Positions 1 to 8,877 of a DNA stretch of 64,000 nucleotides are shown one piece after another (positions within the stretch are counted from its first letter, which is position 1; the number at the start of each line of letters is the position of its first letter). The position numbers were made by a program, and so were the translations under genes. Location: NCBI GenBank assembly GCA_965223665.1, contig OZ245011.1, positions 512,001-576,000 on the forward strand. Reading direction: 5' to 3'. The notes under the pieces are model-generated. The model was not told the origin of the DNA. It saw only the letters and a list, made by a program, of their open reading frames with translations, and searched no databases. The stretch comes from Nitrospinaceae bacterium. Its GTDB lineage: Bacteria > Nitrospinota > Nitrospinia > Nitrospinales > Nitrospinaceae.

Positions 1-725
1 ACAATTTTACCTTCCATGATTATTTGAGGATCATCCCACCAAGTCCACTGATTTCCCAGTTTTCCTTCTACAGGTATGTGTGTTGGGTCTCGAAGAGATT
101 TTAAATAGGCTATCAGTGCTGTCATCTCGTTTTCTTCTATTTCCTCTTCATAATAAGTAGGCATGGCTTTTTTAGATTTAGGATCCTCAAACCCGGGCGA
201 TTGTTTTTTTCTAGGGTCAATAATTTGTTCTTTAATGTAGTTTTCAGGATAAAGGCCGATTTGTTTAGTTCCCAGGTTTGGACCTCTATCCGAATTTCCC
301 TCCCAAAACACTTTGTGACAATTAAAGCACTTATTGGATTGGAAAACATTGCGGCCCTCTTTAATTAATTCAGGGGCGGGTATATTTATAATGTTTATTG
401 GGGGTTTATCAATAACTCTTAATTCGTATTTAGGATCAAATTGAGGCAGTTGAGAAGTTACAGTGATAAATAGAATGGAGGGAAGTGCATAAGTTCCAAG
501 TAATCTAATTGTGGAATGTCGTGTGCCTTGTTCAGGTTTTAATGGAGGTAAATCCATTAGAACAAAAATTAAAAACCCAATAAATGCAAAGGAGACAAAT
601 TCGATTTTCCACCAAACAGGGAATCCAACATATCCTGCCAAGTACCAAATTGAAATTGCGAGAAAAAGAAATACCGGTAGTTTGAATTTAATGTTATCCC
701 AAAATATATTTAATTTGGTTCGCAT
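1..725 (-). CDS. Membrane-anchored cytochrome c, paralog of 891-2012 (3' end runs off the window; absent from ORF track)
   Basis: Manual translation from ATG 725: MRTKLNIFWDNIKFKLPVFLFLAISIWYLAG...NKCFNCHKVFWEGNSDRGPNLGTKQIGLYPENYIKEQII...NQWTWWDDPQI. The frame is open to base 1, contains a CxxCH motif and has AAGGGAG upstream. Confidence 0.92.
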   Translation of the reverse strand, partial: MRTKLNIFWDNIKFKLPVFLFLAISIWYLAGYVGFPVWWKIEFVSFAFIGFLIFVLMDLPPLKPEQGTRHSTIRLLGTYALPSILFITVTSQLPQFDPKYELRVIDKPPINIINIPAPELIKEGRNVFQSNKCFNCHKVFWEGNSDRGPNLGTKQIGLYPENYIKEQIIDPRKKQSPGFEDPKSKKAMPTYYEEEIEENEMTALIAYLKSLRDPTHIPVEGKLGNQWTWWDDPQIIMEGKI

Positions 726-827
726 AATTTTATCTCCCTTGGATTTGGATTCAATTTCCAATAAGAAAAATTATCTTAATTATTCCAATAAAATAAAATT
801 ATGACCCCAAACTTGAATAAAATGCAA

Positions 828-861
828 TAAAAAAGCCCAAACCAATTGAGATGGTTTGGGC
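828..861 (-). terminator. Rho-independent terminator after the first cytochrome c gene
   Basis: The minus strand reads GCCCAAACCA-TCTCAAT-TGGTTTGGGC followed by a T-run (10-bp stem). Confidence 0.8.
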
Positions 862-890
862 AAATATATGAAATTTAAAGTTTTAAAAAA

Positions 891-2012
891 TTACAATAAC
901 GGGTCTAAAAATAATCCATCCGTTTTCCAACGTGCAATTTCTTCCTTAGTTGGGATTGGTGGAACTGGTCTTTTTTCAGCTCTCTTATCTAAAGGATCAT
1001 GAAAGGTTCGAGCATATGCCTCTGCTTTCCACAAATATAGATGCGGAAATATGGTTCCCCAGGGAGCCATCGGCGTATTGTCAATCCCTCTAGTTACACG
1101 TTTATAATATAATTCATCAGGCCAGTCTTTTAGCACTTTGTCGACATGGTCTGGCATTTTATCTGTATCTGGGCCGTTCGGATTTCTAAAGTCAAAGGCT
1201 CCGGTCATCATTGGAATACCATCCGCACCATGACAAACGGCACAATTAAGACCTTCCGTTGCAGGTTCTTTACCTTCAAATACAACCTTACCTTCTTCTA
1301 CTATTTGTGGATCATCCCACCACGTCCATTGGTTGCCAAATTTTCCTTCAACAGGAATATGAGTAGGATCCCGCATGGTTTTTAAATAAGCGATTAAGGC
1401 TGTCATTTCATCTTCACCTAAATCTTCTCCGTAATAAGTAGGCATAGCTTTTTTAGATTTTGGATCGTCAAACCCAGGAGATTGTTTCTTTCTGGGTTCA
1501 ATAATTTGTTCTTTGATGTAATCCTCTGGGTAAAGACCAATTTGTTTAGTTCCTAAATTTGGTCCACGATCCGAGTTACCTTCCCAAAAAACCTTGTGAC
1601 AGTTGAAGCATTTATTTGATTCAAAAATTTCTCTACCCGCGGCTATTACTTCGGGGCCGGCCAAACCCGTAAGTTTAACAGGGGGCTTTTCAAGTTTTGC
1701 CACTTCAACCTGAGGATCGAATTGAGGAAGCTGTGCTGTAACTGTAATAAATAAAGCGGAGGGAAGTAAATAGGCTCCTAAAAGTCGAAAAGTTGTTTGT
1801 CGAAAACTTTTCTCCGGATCCATTTTAGGCAAATCTAAAATGATAAAGAATATCAATCCAACAAATGCAAATGTAACAAATTCAATTTGCCACCAAATGG
1901 GAAAACCAAAATGTCCCGCAACAAACCAAATTATGGTTGCAAGAACAATAAACATTGGAATTTTAAATCGAATATTTTGCCAGAAAGTTTTTTCTTTCTT
2001 AACCATTCTCAT
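891..2012 (-). CDS. Membrane-anchored diheme cytochrome c
   Basis: N-terminal hydrophobic helices, two CxxCH motifs (CFNCH, CAVCH) and candidate distal Met ligands (AMPTY, PMAPW). Confidence 0.9.
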   Translation of the reverse strand: MRMVKKEKTFWQNIRFKIPMFIVLATIIWFVAGHFGFPIWWQIEFVTFAFVGLIFFIILDLPKMDPEKSFRQTTFRLLGAYLLPSALFITVTAQLPQFDPQVEVAKLEKPPVKLTGLAGPEVIAAGREIFESNKCFNCHKVFWEGNSDRGPNLGTKQIGLYPEDYIKEQIIEPRKKQSPGFDDPKSKKAMPTYYGEDLGEDEMTALIAYLKTMRDPTHIPVEGKFGNQWTWWDDPQIVEEGKVVFEGKEPATEGLNCAVCHGADGIPMMTGAFDFRNPNGPDTDKMPDHVDKVLKDWPDELYYKRVTRGIDNTPMAPWGTIFPHLYLWKAEAYARTFHDPLDKRAEKRPVPPIPTKEEIARWKTDGLFLDPLL

Positions 2013-2029
2013 CAGTCTCCGTCAAACAA

Positions 2030-4183
2030 TTATTCTGCCATTTGAGGTGCGGCTTGTGCTGCCGCTTCCTCTTTCACTTTCTTTGATTTTGGATACTTAA
2101 TACCCAGCCAAATAATGGCAGTCATGATAATGAAAAAAGTCCAAACAATGGTGGTCACAAAAAAGCCAGATTCTGCAAGCGAAGGCGTATATTTATCAAC
2201 CGTAACATCTTTAAAGACTTTATAGATGTGCCAATTCATCCTTGAAAGTTCACGGATAGTACCCATCCAACTCATGAGCCAAATATCACTGAATCCCATA
2301 AAAATCAGGGTATATAGGGCCAGTGGATTAACTTTACCCCATTGGATTTTTCCGGTTTTAGTGGCGATAGTATAGAAAATATAGTTAATCAGCGTTACAG
2401 TAACCAAAGTAAACGCAGCTGTATTTTTTGAAATCATTAATGCCAGGAATGCAAGATTGTCAGGAAGTACCATATCCGGATTCATACCCGGTTCCGGGAG
2501 CATTGTTGCGAAGAATCGGCGCGGTGTAAACCATATGGTTGCAGCTAAAATAATTAAACAGAAACCAATTTTCATAAATGGAAAGAACCTTTGCGCATTT
2601 TCAATTCGCTGCATACTGATCCACATATATAGATTACTAGCACTGAACATGGTTCCTACTAATAAACCTTGAACCAGCATAAACATGGATTCGCGATCGG
2701 ACATGATATACATTCCGATGGTGGCATCGTACTGATAAATTTCACGGACAAAGATGTATCCCATGGCTGGAAGAGGAATCATAATCATAACCCCAATGGC
2801 GTTACCCATATAACCCATCCAGTCGTAGTATTCTTTTTCTTTCGGGTCTTTGGACCATAAATACATATAAGCGGCAATAATACCCACCATAAAACCACCA
2901 AAAGTTCCATTTCCAACCAGCCGGTGATAGTTAAGGGGCATCCAGGTCATGGTTGCGATACGATCCCATTCAGTCATAGTGGTGAAGAGATCTGCATAGG
3001 GTTTTGGAGGTGTCTGCATCAAAGTTGCAGGCCCATCTAATGCACACAATAGAGATAGTCCCAATATATTAAGTATGACACCGGTAACAATATGTCTTCC
3101 TTTTTTATTTGACTTATTTAGCGGATCCCAGGAGTACACGTAAATGTACATGACAATAGTTTCTAAGATAAAGAGGGTGGGGTAGCCAATGACAAATAAG
3201 ATGGGGTAGGCATTCACCAGGTAGCTAATAAAATCTTTATAAGCAACCATCATAATGAATAAAAACAAACCACCTGTTAAAGCGGTAAAACTGTAACAAA
3301 TACCAATAACCTTTGTGATTTCATGAGCTAAACGTTCAAATTTGAAATCTGCTTTAGCAAACATAATACTGGTGGAAAGTAAACCACCTACGGCACCATT
3401 AAGAAAAGCTAATATCAAAGCAGAGATTTCCAAATGCTCAACAGGAGTAACTGCATAAGCAAAAGCAGTTCCGACCACTCCGGCAATTAGCGCGGAAACT
3501 TTTACATTCATTACCTGATGGAAATAGTTAAGAAAACTAACTACCAAAGCCCCAAAAGCACAGGCCCACATTCCATATAAAACCCCAAGGTGAATACCCA
3601 CAATAATTTCACCAATGATTCCAAAGGTTACTCCTATCAGTACCCCGAGAAATACATTTGAAAGTATGATGGCTTTTCTAACCCCTTGCGTACGACGAGC
3701 ACCCATAACTTCCATAATGACGACGAACATTGGGCATCCTAGAATAAAGGAAGCAAATAGGATATGCATTTGAGCGGCAAACCAGGTTGCCTTTCGATTT
3801 CCAATGCCAGGGAAAGTAAATGGTTCGTTTTTGACTTCTTTGGCGAGGCCAATATCGGTTAAATAGGATTTATCTTCTTCTTCAGCTTCGCCTTCACCTT
3901 CGGCTCCTTCTTCGCCTTCTTCACTATCTTCTTCAGCAGACTCATCTCCTTCAAACTCTTCGCCCTCTTCATCTTCCTCGTCTTCTTCCTCTTCTTCCTC
4001 CTCCTCTTCTTCGTCTTCATCTTGGGCAAAAGCACTTTCTGGCCCACTCCATTGTAAAAAGGAAACGGATGAGTTTAGTGTGAAGGAGGGACTGAGGTGG
4101 ACCAGTCCATAAAAGAAGACAAAAATCAAAACCAGCTTAAAAATGAAGGAACTATTTCGTGGAGCCGGGGTGATACTGCCCAT
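2030..4183 (-). CDS. Cytochrome bd-like oxidase subunit I (CydA-like) with N-terminal acidic extension
   Basis: Polytopic membrane protein with CydA-like motifs HILFASF, YHRLVGN and RELSRMNW. No cydB is adjacent. Confidence 0.8.
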   Translation of the reverse strand: MGSITPAPRNSSFIFKLVLIFVFFYGLVHLSPSFTLNSSVSFLQWSGPESAFAQDEDEEEEEEEEEEDEEDEEGEEFEGDESAEEDSEEGEEGAEGEGEAEEEDKSYLTDIGLAKEVKNEPFTFPGIGNRKATWFAAQMHILFASFILGCPMFVVIMEVMGARRTQGVRKAIILSNVFLGVLIGVTFGIIGEIIVGIHLGVLYGMWACAFGALVVSFLNYFHQVMNVKVSALIAGVVGTAFAYAVTPVEHLEISALILAFLNGAVGGLLSTSIMFAKADFKFERLAHEITKVIGICYSFTALTGGLFLFIMMVAYKDFISYLVNAYPILFVIGYPTLFILETIVMYIYVYSWDPLNKSNKKGRHIVTGVILNILGLSLLCALDGPATLMQTPPKPYADLFTTMTEWDRIATMTWMPLNYHRLVGNGTFGGFMVGIIAAYMYLWSKDPKEKEYYDWMGYMGNAIGVMIMIPLPAMGYIFVREIYQYDATIGMYIMSDRESMFMLVQGLLVGTMFSASNLYMWISMQRIENAQRFFPFMKIGFCLIILAATIWFTPRRFFATMLPEPGMNPDMVLPDNLAFLALMISKNTAAFTLVTVTLINYIFYTIATKTGKIQWGKVNPLALYTLIFMGFSDIWLMSWMGTIRELSRMNWHIYKVFKDVTVDKYTPSLAESGFFVTTIVWTFFIIMTAIIWLGIKYPKSKKVKEEAAAQAAPQMAE

Positions 4184-4303
4184 TGTGAATATCCTATCTT
4201 TGTTTAGATGAAATAAATAAAATTTCAGGAATCGACATCGGTAAATTTATTAAGCCCTCACAAAACAGAGAGATTGATAAAATTACAAATGAAAAGGTAG
4301 AGA

Positions 4304-4331
4304 ATTATCATATCGGCTCATGAAAAGTCAA
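4304..4331 (-). promoter_or_regulatory. Candidate sigma70 promoter of the bd-like oxidase operon
   Basis: TTGACT-N16-GATAAT on the minus strand, about 120 bp upstream of the ATG. Confidence 0.4.
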
Positions 4332-4495
4332 GAAAATTAAAGGATTGGAGGCAACCTGTTGAAAATAATATGGCTAACTGAAATCAATATAAAAGGTACT
4401 TAGCTATTGAAAAAAAGTAAGGGAATTCTATCCATAATTTTTATGGTTAATGAAAAGTTTTCAACTGATTTTAGAATAAATCGACTATTTATTTG

Positions 4496-5536
4496 TTACT
4501 GGGTCATAGCGACTAATTGACCGCAAGCCCCAAGAATATCTCCGCCTCGGTTTTTACGTATAAATGTAGTGTAGTTTTTGGAAATTAAGTAGTTTTGAAA
4601 ATTCAAAATGCGTGATTTTGGAGGGGCGCTGAAATCTGATTCTTTAAAACCATTGAAAGGAATCAGATTAATTTTGGAAGGGATTCCTCGCAGAAGTTTG
4701 GCCATGCGAACCGCATCTTCATGAGAGTCATTGATTCCGTTTAATAATACATATTCAAAAGTTATTCTACGCGTTGGTTTTAATGGGTAATTACGTAAAC
4801 AATCTAATAATACAGCGATCGGAAATTTCTTATTTATTGGCATTATTTGGTTTCTTGTTTGATCATTTGTTGCATTTAAGGAAATAGCTAAATTTACCGG
4901 AAGGTTTTCATTTTGAAACATTTGGATTTTGTCCACTAAACCTGAGGTGGAAAGTGTAATTTTTCTTGGGGAAATTCTCATAACTTCAGGAGAAATCATT
5001 AATCTCAATGCATCACAAAGAGCCTCATAATTGTCTAGTGGTTCCCCCATTCCCATTATTACAATGTTAGTGACCTTATCATTCTCAGCCAGGCCGTCGT
5101 TTATTGTTAAAATTTGACCTATTATTTCCGCAGAGGTTAATTGTCTTTTTAAACCGAGTGTCCCTGTATAACAGAAGGTGCAACCCAATCTGCAACCTAC
5201 CTGAGTTGAAATACATAGGGTTTTTCGGTCTTCCTCGGGCATCCAAACACTTTCAATGGTTTCTCCATCCCCTAATTCCAATAGATACTTAATAGTCCCA
5301 TCTTTAGATAAAGTTTTTTCTGCCACCTTGGGAAGTTCAATTGAAAAATAATCATCAAGCTTTTTCCTAAGGTTTTTGGAAATATTCGTCATTTCAGCCA
5401 TTTGATTTACCCGGTGATTGTAAATCCAATTTAGTACTTGAAAAGCCCTGAATGGTTTTTCTTCCCAATTTTTAATCAATTGAATTAGGCGGTCTTGCGG
5501 AAAACCGATTAAATTTACCTTTGCAATCTGTTCCAT
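4496..5536 (-). CDS. rlmN: 23S rRNA m2A2503 radical-SAM methyltransferase RlmN
   Basis: CISTQVGCRLGCTFCYTG (CxxxCxxC), MGMGEPL and C-terminal GACGQL. Confidence 0.95.
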   Translation of the reverse strand: MEQIAKVNLIGFPQDRLIQLIKNWEEKPFRAFQVLNWIYNHRVNQMAEMTNISKNLRKKLDDYFSIELPKVAEKTLSKDGTIKYLLELGDGETIESVWMPEEDRKTLCISTQVGCRLGCTFCYTGTLGLKRQLTSAEIIGQILTINDGLAENDKVTNIVIMGMGEPLDNYEALCDALRLMISPEVMRISPRKITLSTSGLVDKIQMFQNENLPVNLAISLNATNDQTRNQIMPINKKFPIAVLLDCLRNYPLKPTRRITFEYVLLNGINDSHEDAVRMAKLLRGIPSKINLIPFNGFKESDFSAPPKSRILNFQNYLISKNYTTFIRKNRGGDILGACGQLVAMTQ

Positions 5537-5675
5537 ATTACGAGTATTATTTCGCTGAAAGGCCTTAAGGATAAGGCTATTTTAATAATTTTGGGATCCA
5601 CTCTGCCTTTTAAGCAATGGGTTCCCCTATATTGCGTTCCCCTTATCGCAAAGTCAACCCTGGGAGGGATTGAAA

Positions 5676-6302
5676 ATGGCCAAGGGATTAGGCCTCAAAG
5701 AATGTCATAGAATTTTAGACGTTCCTGAAGGGGCAAGTTTAAAAGAAATTCGTAAGTCTTTCCTAAAGTTGGCAAAGGTATACCACCCTGACCGAAATCC
5801 CAATAGTCCCGATAGTGAAGAGCGATTTAAACTTATGGCTTCCGCCTTTGAGTTTCTAGAGAAGTACTATCAGAAACATATGCCTATCACCGTATCAACG
5901 CCTGATTTTACTTTTGATCCTGAATTTGACTTTAGGAAATATCGGGCCAATGATTATTCACAAGATAGCGATGATTCTTTTGATACTTCAGTTGAATTTC
6001 CAAATATTTTTGCCCGTCTTAGGAAAACTTTTCTTGGTGTTTTGAGACTTTTGGAACGAAAAATCCTGGTGATGGACTTAGACATAACAATTATAATTAG
6101 CAAATCGACAGCTGAAAAGGGAGGGGTGATTCGAATAAAAACAGGGAACAAGCCAATACGAATCAAAATCCCTAAAAATGCTCAAGAAGGTGTGGTTCTT
6201 AAAGTTCCGGAAAGAGGGGAAAGGGGTTTTTTTAGCCGCAAACGCGGAGATTTATTTTTAAAAGTTCGAATGGCCCCAGAAAATGTTTGGCCGTTTAAAT
6301 AA
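5676..6302 (+). CDS. Short DnaJ-domain protein (J domain plus DnaJ C-terminal-like segment)
   Basis: LAKVYHPDRNP (HPD motif) and C-terminal GDLFLKV. ATG 5676 preferred over TTG 5670. Confidence 0.85.
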   Translation: MAKGLGLKECHRILDVPEGASLKEIRKSFLKLAKVYHPDRNPNSPDSEERFKLMASAFEFLEKYYQKHMPITVSTPDFTFDPEFDFRKYRANDYSQDSDDSFDTSVEFPNIFARLRKTFLGVLRLLERKILVMDLDITIIISKSTAEKGGVIRIKTGNKPIRIKIPKNAQEGVVLKVPERGERGFFSRKRGDLFLKVRMAPENVWPFK

Positions 6303-6341
6303 AAGAGTATTCTTTTTTTAAATTAAGTCTTAAATAATCCT

Positions 6342-7157
6342 CTATTGATTTGGGGCAAAATAAATTTCATTTTTAGTCTCTGAATATTTTTGGTAAGTTT
6401 GGATTATAGTAGCTGTAATAAAAATACCCATAGCAATGGTACAAATTGCCACTCCAATCAACGCAATTCTTGATTCTCCCTCAGGTACTTTATAAAAATT
6501 TATAACACTCATTAATACGCAGATAACAGCAATCGCGGCCGAACCTGCCATTAAACCCTTTAATAGAGGTGTGAGTAGAACATCCTTATTGATATGGTTG
6601 AGTAGGGCTACAGTAAAACATAAAGGTAAAATAGCAATGAAGAATGGTCCTAATATAAGGCCCGCCTTTTGAGTTTTATATTGGTTATATATTCTTAACC
6701 CGTACCAGAGGAGTACAATAACTAAAACCCCTGACATAAAGTCTACAGTTTTCTTTTCGCGTTTTTTATTCCGTATATAATTTAAAGACCCTAATACGTA
6801 ACTGGATACTTCTTCTTCACCCATTTCATAAAAACCACCTTGCTCAGTATCAAAAGCAAATACCCTGGCAGTTACGGACTCCGCAGCAAGAGATATTGCT
6901 CGATAGGAATCTTTACCAGCCTTTTCAATTTCCAGGTATACAATTCCAGAGTGGTAATTTAATTCATACTTTTCAATCTCGATTAGGTTTTTTGCGTAAC
7001 GGCCTTTTTCTTGATGAAATTTTTCCTGAATATCCGCCAAGTCTAAAAGGGCTTGTCTGGCTTGTATATCTTGATCCGTTTCAAAAATTCGATTACAACC
7101 TGAAAGTAAAATCAAGATAGTAAAAAGTAGAACTAGATTTTTTAAAATAAGATTCAT
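6342..7157 (-). CDS. Hypothetical lipoprotein/membrane protein with pilin-like helix and about 4 C-terminal TM helices
   Basis: LLSGC lipobox; ARQALLDLADIQEKFHQEKGRYA resembles the PilE-type helix; hydrophobic C-terminal half. Confidence 0.6.
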   Translation of the reverse strand: MNLILKNLVLLFTILILLSGCNRIFETDQDIQARQALLDLADIQEKFHQEKGRYAKNLIEIEKYELNYHSGIVYLEIEKAGKDSYRAISLAAESVTARVFAFDTEQGGFYEMGEEEVSSYVLGSLNYIRNKKREKKTVDFMSGVLVIVLLWYGLRIYNQYKTQKAGLILGPFFIAILPLCFTVALLNHINKDVLLTPLLKGLMAGSAAIAVICVLMSVINFYKVPEGESRIALIGVAICTIAMGIFITATIIQTYQKYSETKNEIYFAPNQ

Positions 7158-7277
7158 TTAATTAATTTATCCCTTCACAACCAAAGGGGCAAGATATAAC
7201 ATAGGTAACCACATTCATCAACCACAAGCTATTTGGGGAACTAGTATAAGGTTAAGTTTGTATAAAAAATCGATATT

Positions 7278-7835
7278 ATGAATCAATCCGACTTCTGGAA
7301 ACAATTAAAGTTTGTCACCGGAAACCTAAATAAATTAAGAGAAGCTCAGGAAATATTAGGGCTCGATCTTGAAGTGGTTTCAATTGATAATTTGCAGGAG
7401 ATTCAAACTTATGATGTTGAGGAAATCGTGTTTCATAAAGCAAAATCAGCTTGGGAAAAATTAAAATGCCCTGTGTTAGTTGAGGACTCAGGGCTTATTT
7501 TTAAGGCTTGGAATGGATTGCCTGGAGCTCTAGTGAAGTGGTTTGAAAAAAGTGTTGGGTGCCAGGGTATGTTAAAAATGCTCCATTCTTTTGAAGATCG
7601 TAGTGCATTAGCACTTTGTTTAGTTGCCATTTACGATGGAAAAGATTTTAAAGTCGGTAAAGGAGAAGTTAACGGAAGTATTGCTCCTCAAATTAAAGGG
7701 ACTCAAGGCTTTGGTTGGGATGTGATTTTTATTCCAGAGGGATCTAAAAAAACTTATGCCGAAATGAATCCTGAAGAAAAAAATGCGATTTCCCATAGAC
7801 GCCGTGCATTCGAAAACTTAAAACTTTCAATTTAG
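7278..7835 (+). CDS. rdgB: Non-canonical purine NTP pyrophosphatase (RdgB/HAM1)
   Basis: FVTGNLNKLRE, VEDSGL, GFGWDVIF and KNAISHRRRA motifs. Confidence 0.92.
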   Translation: MNQSDFWKQLKFVTGNLNKLREAQEILGLDLEVVSIDNLQEIQTYDVEEIVFHKAKSAWEKLKCPVLVEDSGLIFKAWNGLPGALVKWFEKSVGCQGMLKMLHSFEDRSALALCLVAIYDGKDFKVGKGEVNGSIAPQIKGTQGFGWDVIFIPEGSKKTYAEMNPEEKNAISHRRRAFENLKLSI

Positions 7836-8233
7836 ATTTGGGAAGAAAGGCGCTGGTGTAAAGCTTTAATATGGAGTGTATATTTTTCCAGGTTTTGATA
7901 AATCGAATCTCTGATATTGTTTAAAGTATTTCCATTGATTTTTTCATAATCCTGAAATAAGCTTTCCCAACTTTTAGTATTTTCCAACCATCCCATATTA
8001 TTGGCAAATTGATGACAATCTTGAGTGGTCACGCATTTAGCTTTTTGATCCTTTGCCCCCGCTCGAATGCATTTTAAAGCACTATCTACAGTAAATCCAA
8101 ATCGCTGTAAGGCTGCATTTCTATAATAATCTGATTTATCTTGTTTCTGAATCTCTTCTAAATGCTTAATATTCCATTCTAAGTGGGTAAGAAGAATATT
8201 TAAAGAAGGATTGCTTTTATCTTGAGAGTCCAT
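7832..8233 (-). CDS. HI0074-like nucleotidyltransferase substrate-binding (HEPN) protein, degenerate
   Basis: YYRNAALQRFGFTVDSALK matches the family IQRFEF motif. No Rx4H motif is visible. Confidence 0.65.
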   Translation of the reverse strand: MDSQDKSNPSLNILLTHLEWNIKHLEEIQKQDKSDYYRNAALQRFGFTVDSALKCIRAGAKDQKAKCVTTQDCHQFANNMGWLENTKSWESLFQDYEKINGNTLNNIRDSIYQNLEKYTLHIKALHQRLSSQI

Positions 8234-8368
8234 ATCATAACCTAAAGTGGTTTAATGAAATTTGTAGTATTAAATTCTATTCTAGTCTCTCTTACTTTGG
8301 AAGAAGATTTTGAAAAGCTTTTTTCAAAGTGATATTCTTTCTCATTATTTATTTTCCTTAATTTTCAA

Positions 8369-8797
8369 ATGGATAACAATCGCTTTCAAGACAACGGAGA
8401 TGGTACCATCTCAGACATTAAAACCGGCCTAATGTGGGCTAAAACTGATTCCATGATTGATTTGAAAAAATGGGTAAACTATCAGGATGCGGTAGATTAT
8501 GTACGCGAAATGAGTTCAAATAAATTTGCCGGTTTTGATGATTGGCGTTTGCCTAATAAAGAGGAAATGGAGACTCTTTATGATACTTCGTTTTCCTTGA
8601 AAGATAAATTTGGCAAGACAATTCATATTAATGAAAAATTCGAGCCCGGTTGTGGGTTTTCTATGATTGCAAAAATGGTAGATGGAAGAATCCGAACTTT
8701 TGTATTTAATTTAAGGGATGGAACATTTGATCACCCGGATGGATTGTGGACTTTGGCAGAAGCAGCTCGGGCTGTCCGAACAGAATCCATTCAATAA
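8369..8797 (+). CDS. DUF1566 (Lcl C-terminal domain) protein
   Basis: RFQDNGDGTISDIKTGLMW and GFDDWRLPNKEEM signatures. Confidence 0.85.
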   Translation: MDNNRFQDNGDGTISDIKTGLMWAKTDSMIDLKKWVNYQDAVDYVREMSSNKFAGFDDWRLPNKEEMETLYDTSFSLKDKFGKTIHINEKFEPGCGFSMIAKMVDGRIRTFVFNLRDGTFDHPDGLWTLAEAARAVRTESIQ

Positions 8798-8877
8798 GAA
8801 GGTTTTGAATAAAGGATAAGTTTTAGAGTTCTTACCAATTTAAATTTTAAAAAGTTGTAAACTTAGGAGCCATCTTT

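Noticed and set aside
137-804. ORF-track calls 137-349 (-) and 511-804 (+)
   Set aside because: They are shadows of the real cytochrome c paralog at 725..1.
4296-4316. Fur box upstream of the bd-like oxidase
   Set aside because: Only a half-site (TGATAAT) matches, and it is equally explained as a -10 element.
5676-6302. DnaJ protein as part of the island Hsp70 system
   Set aside because: It lies 36 kb away among core genes, outside the att boundary, with no evidence of linkage.
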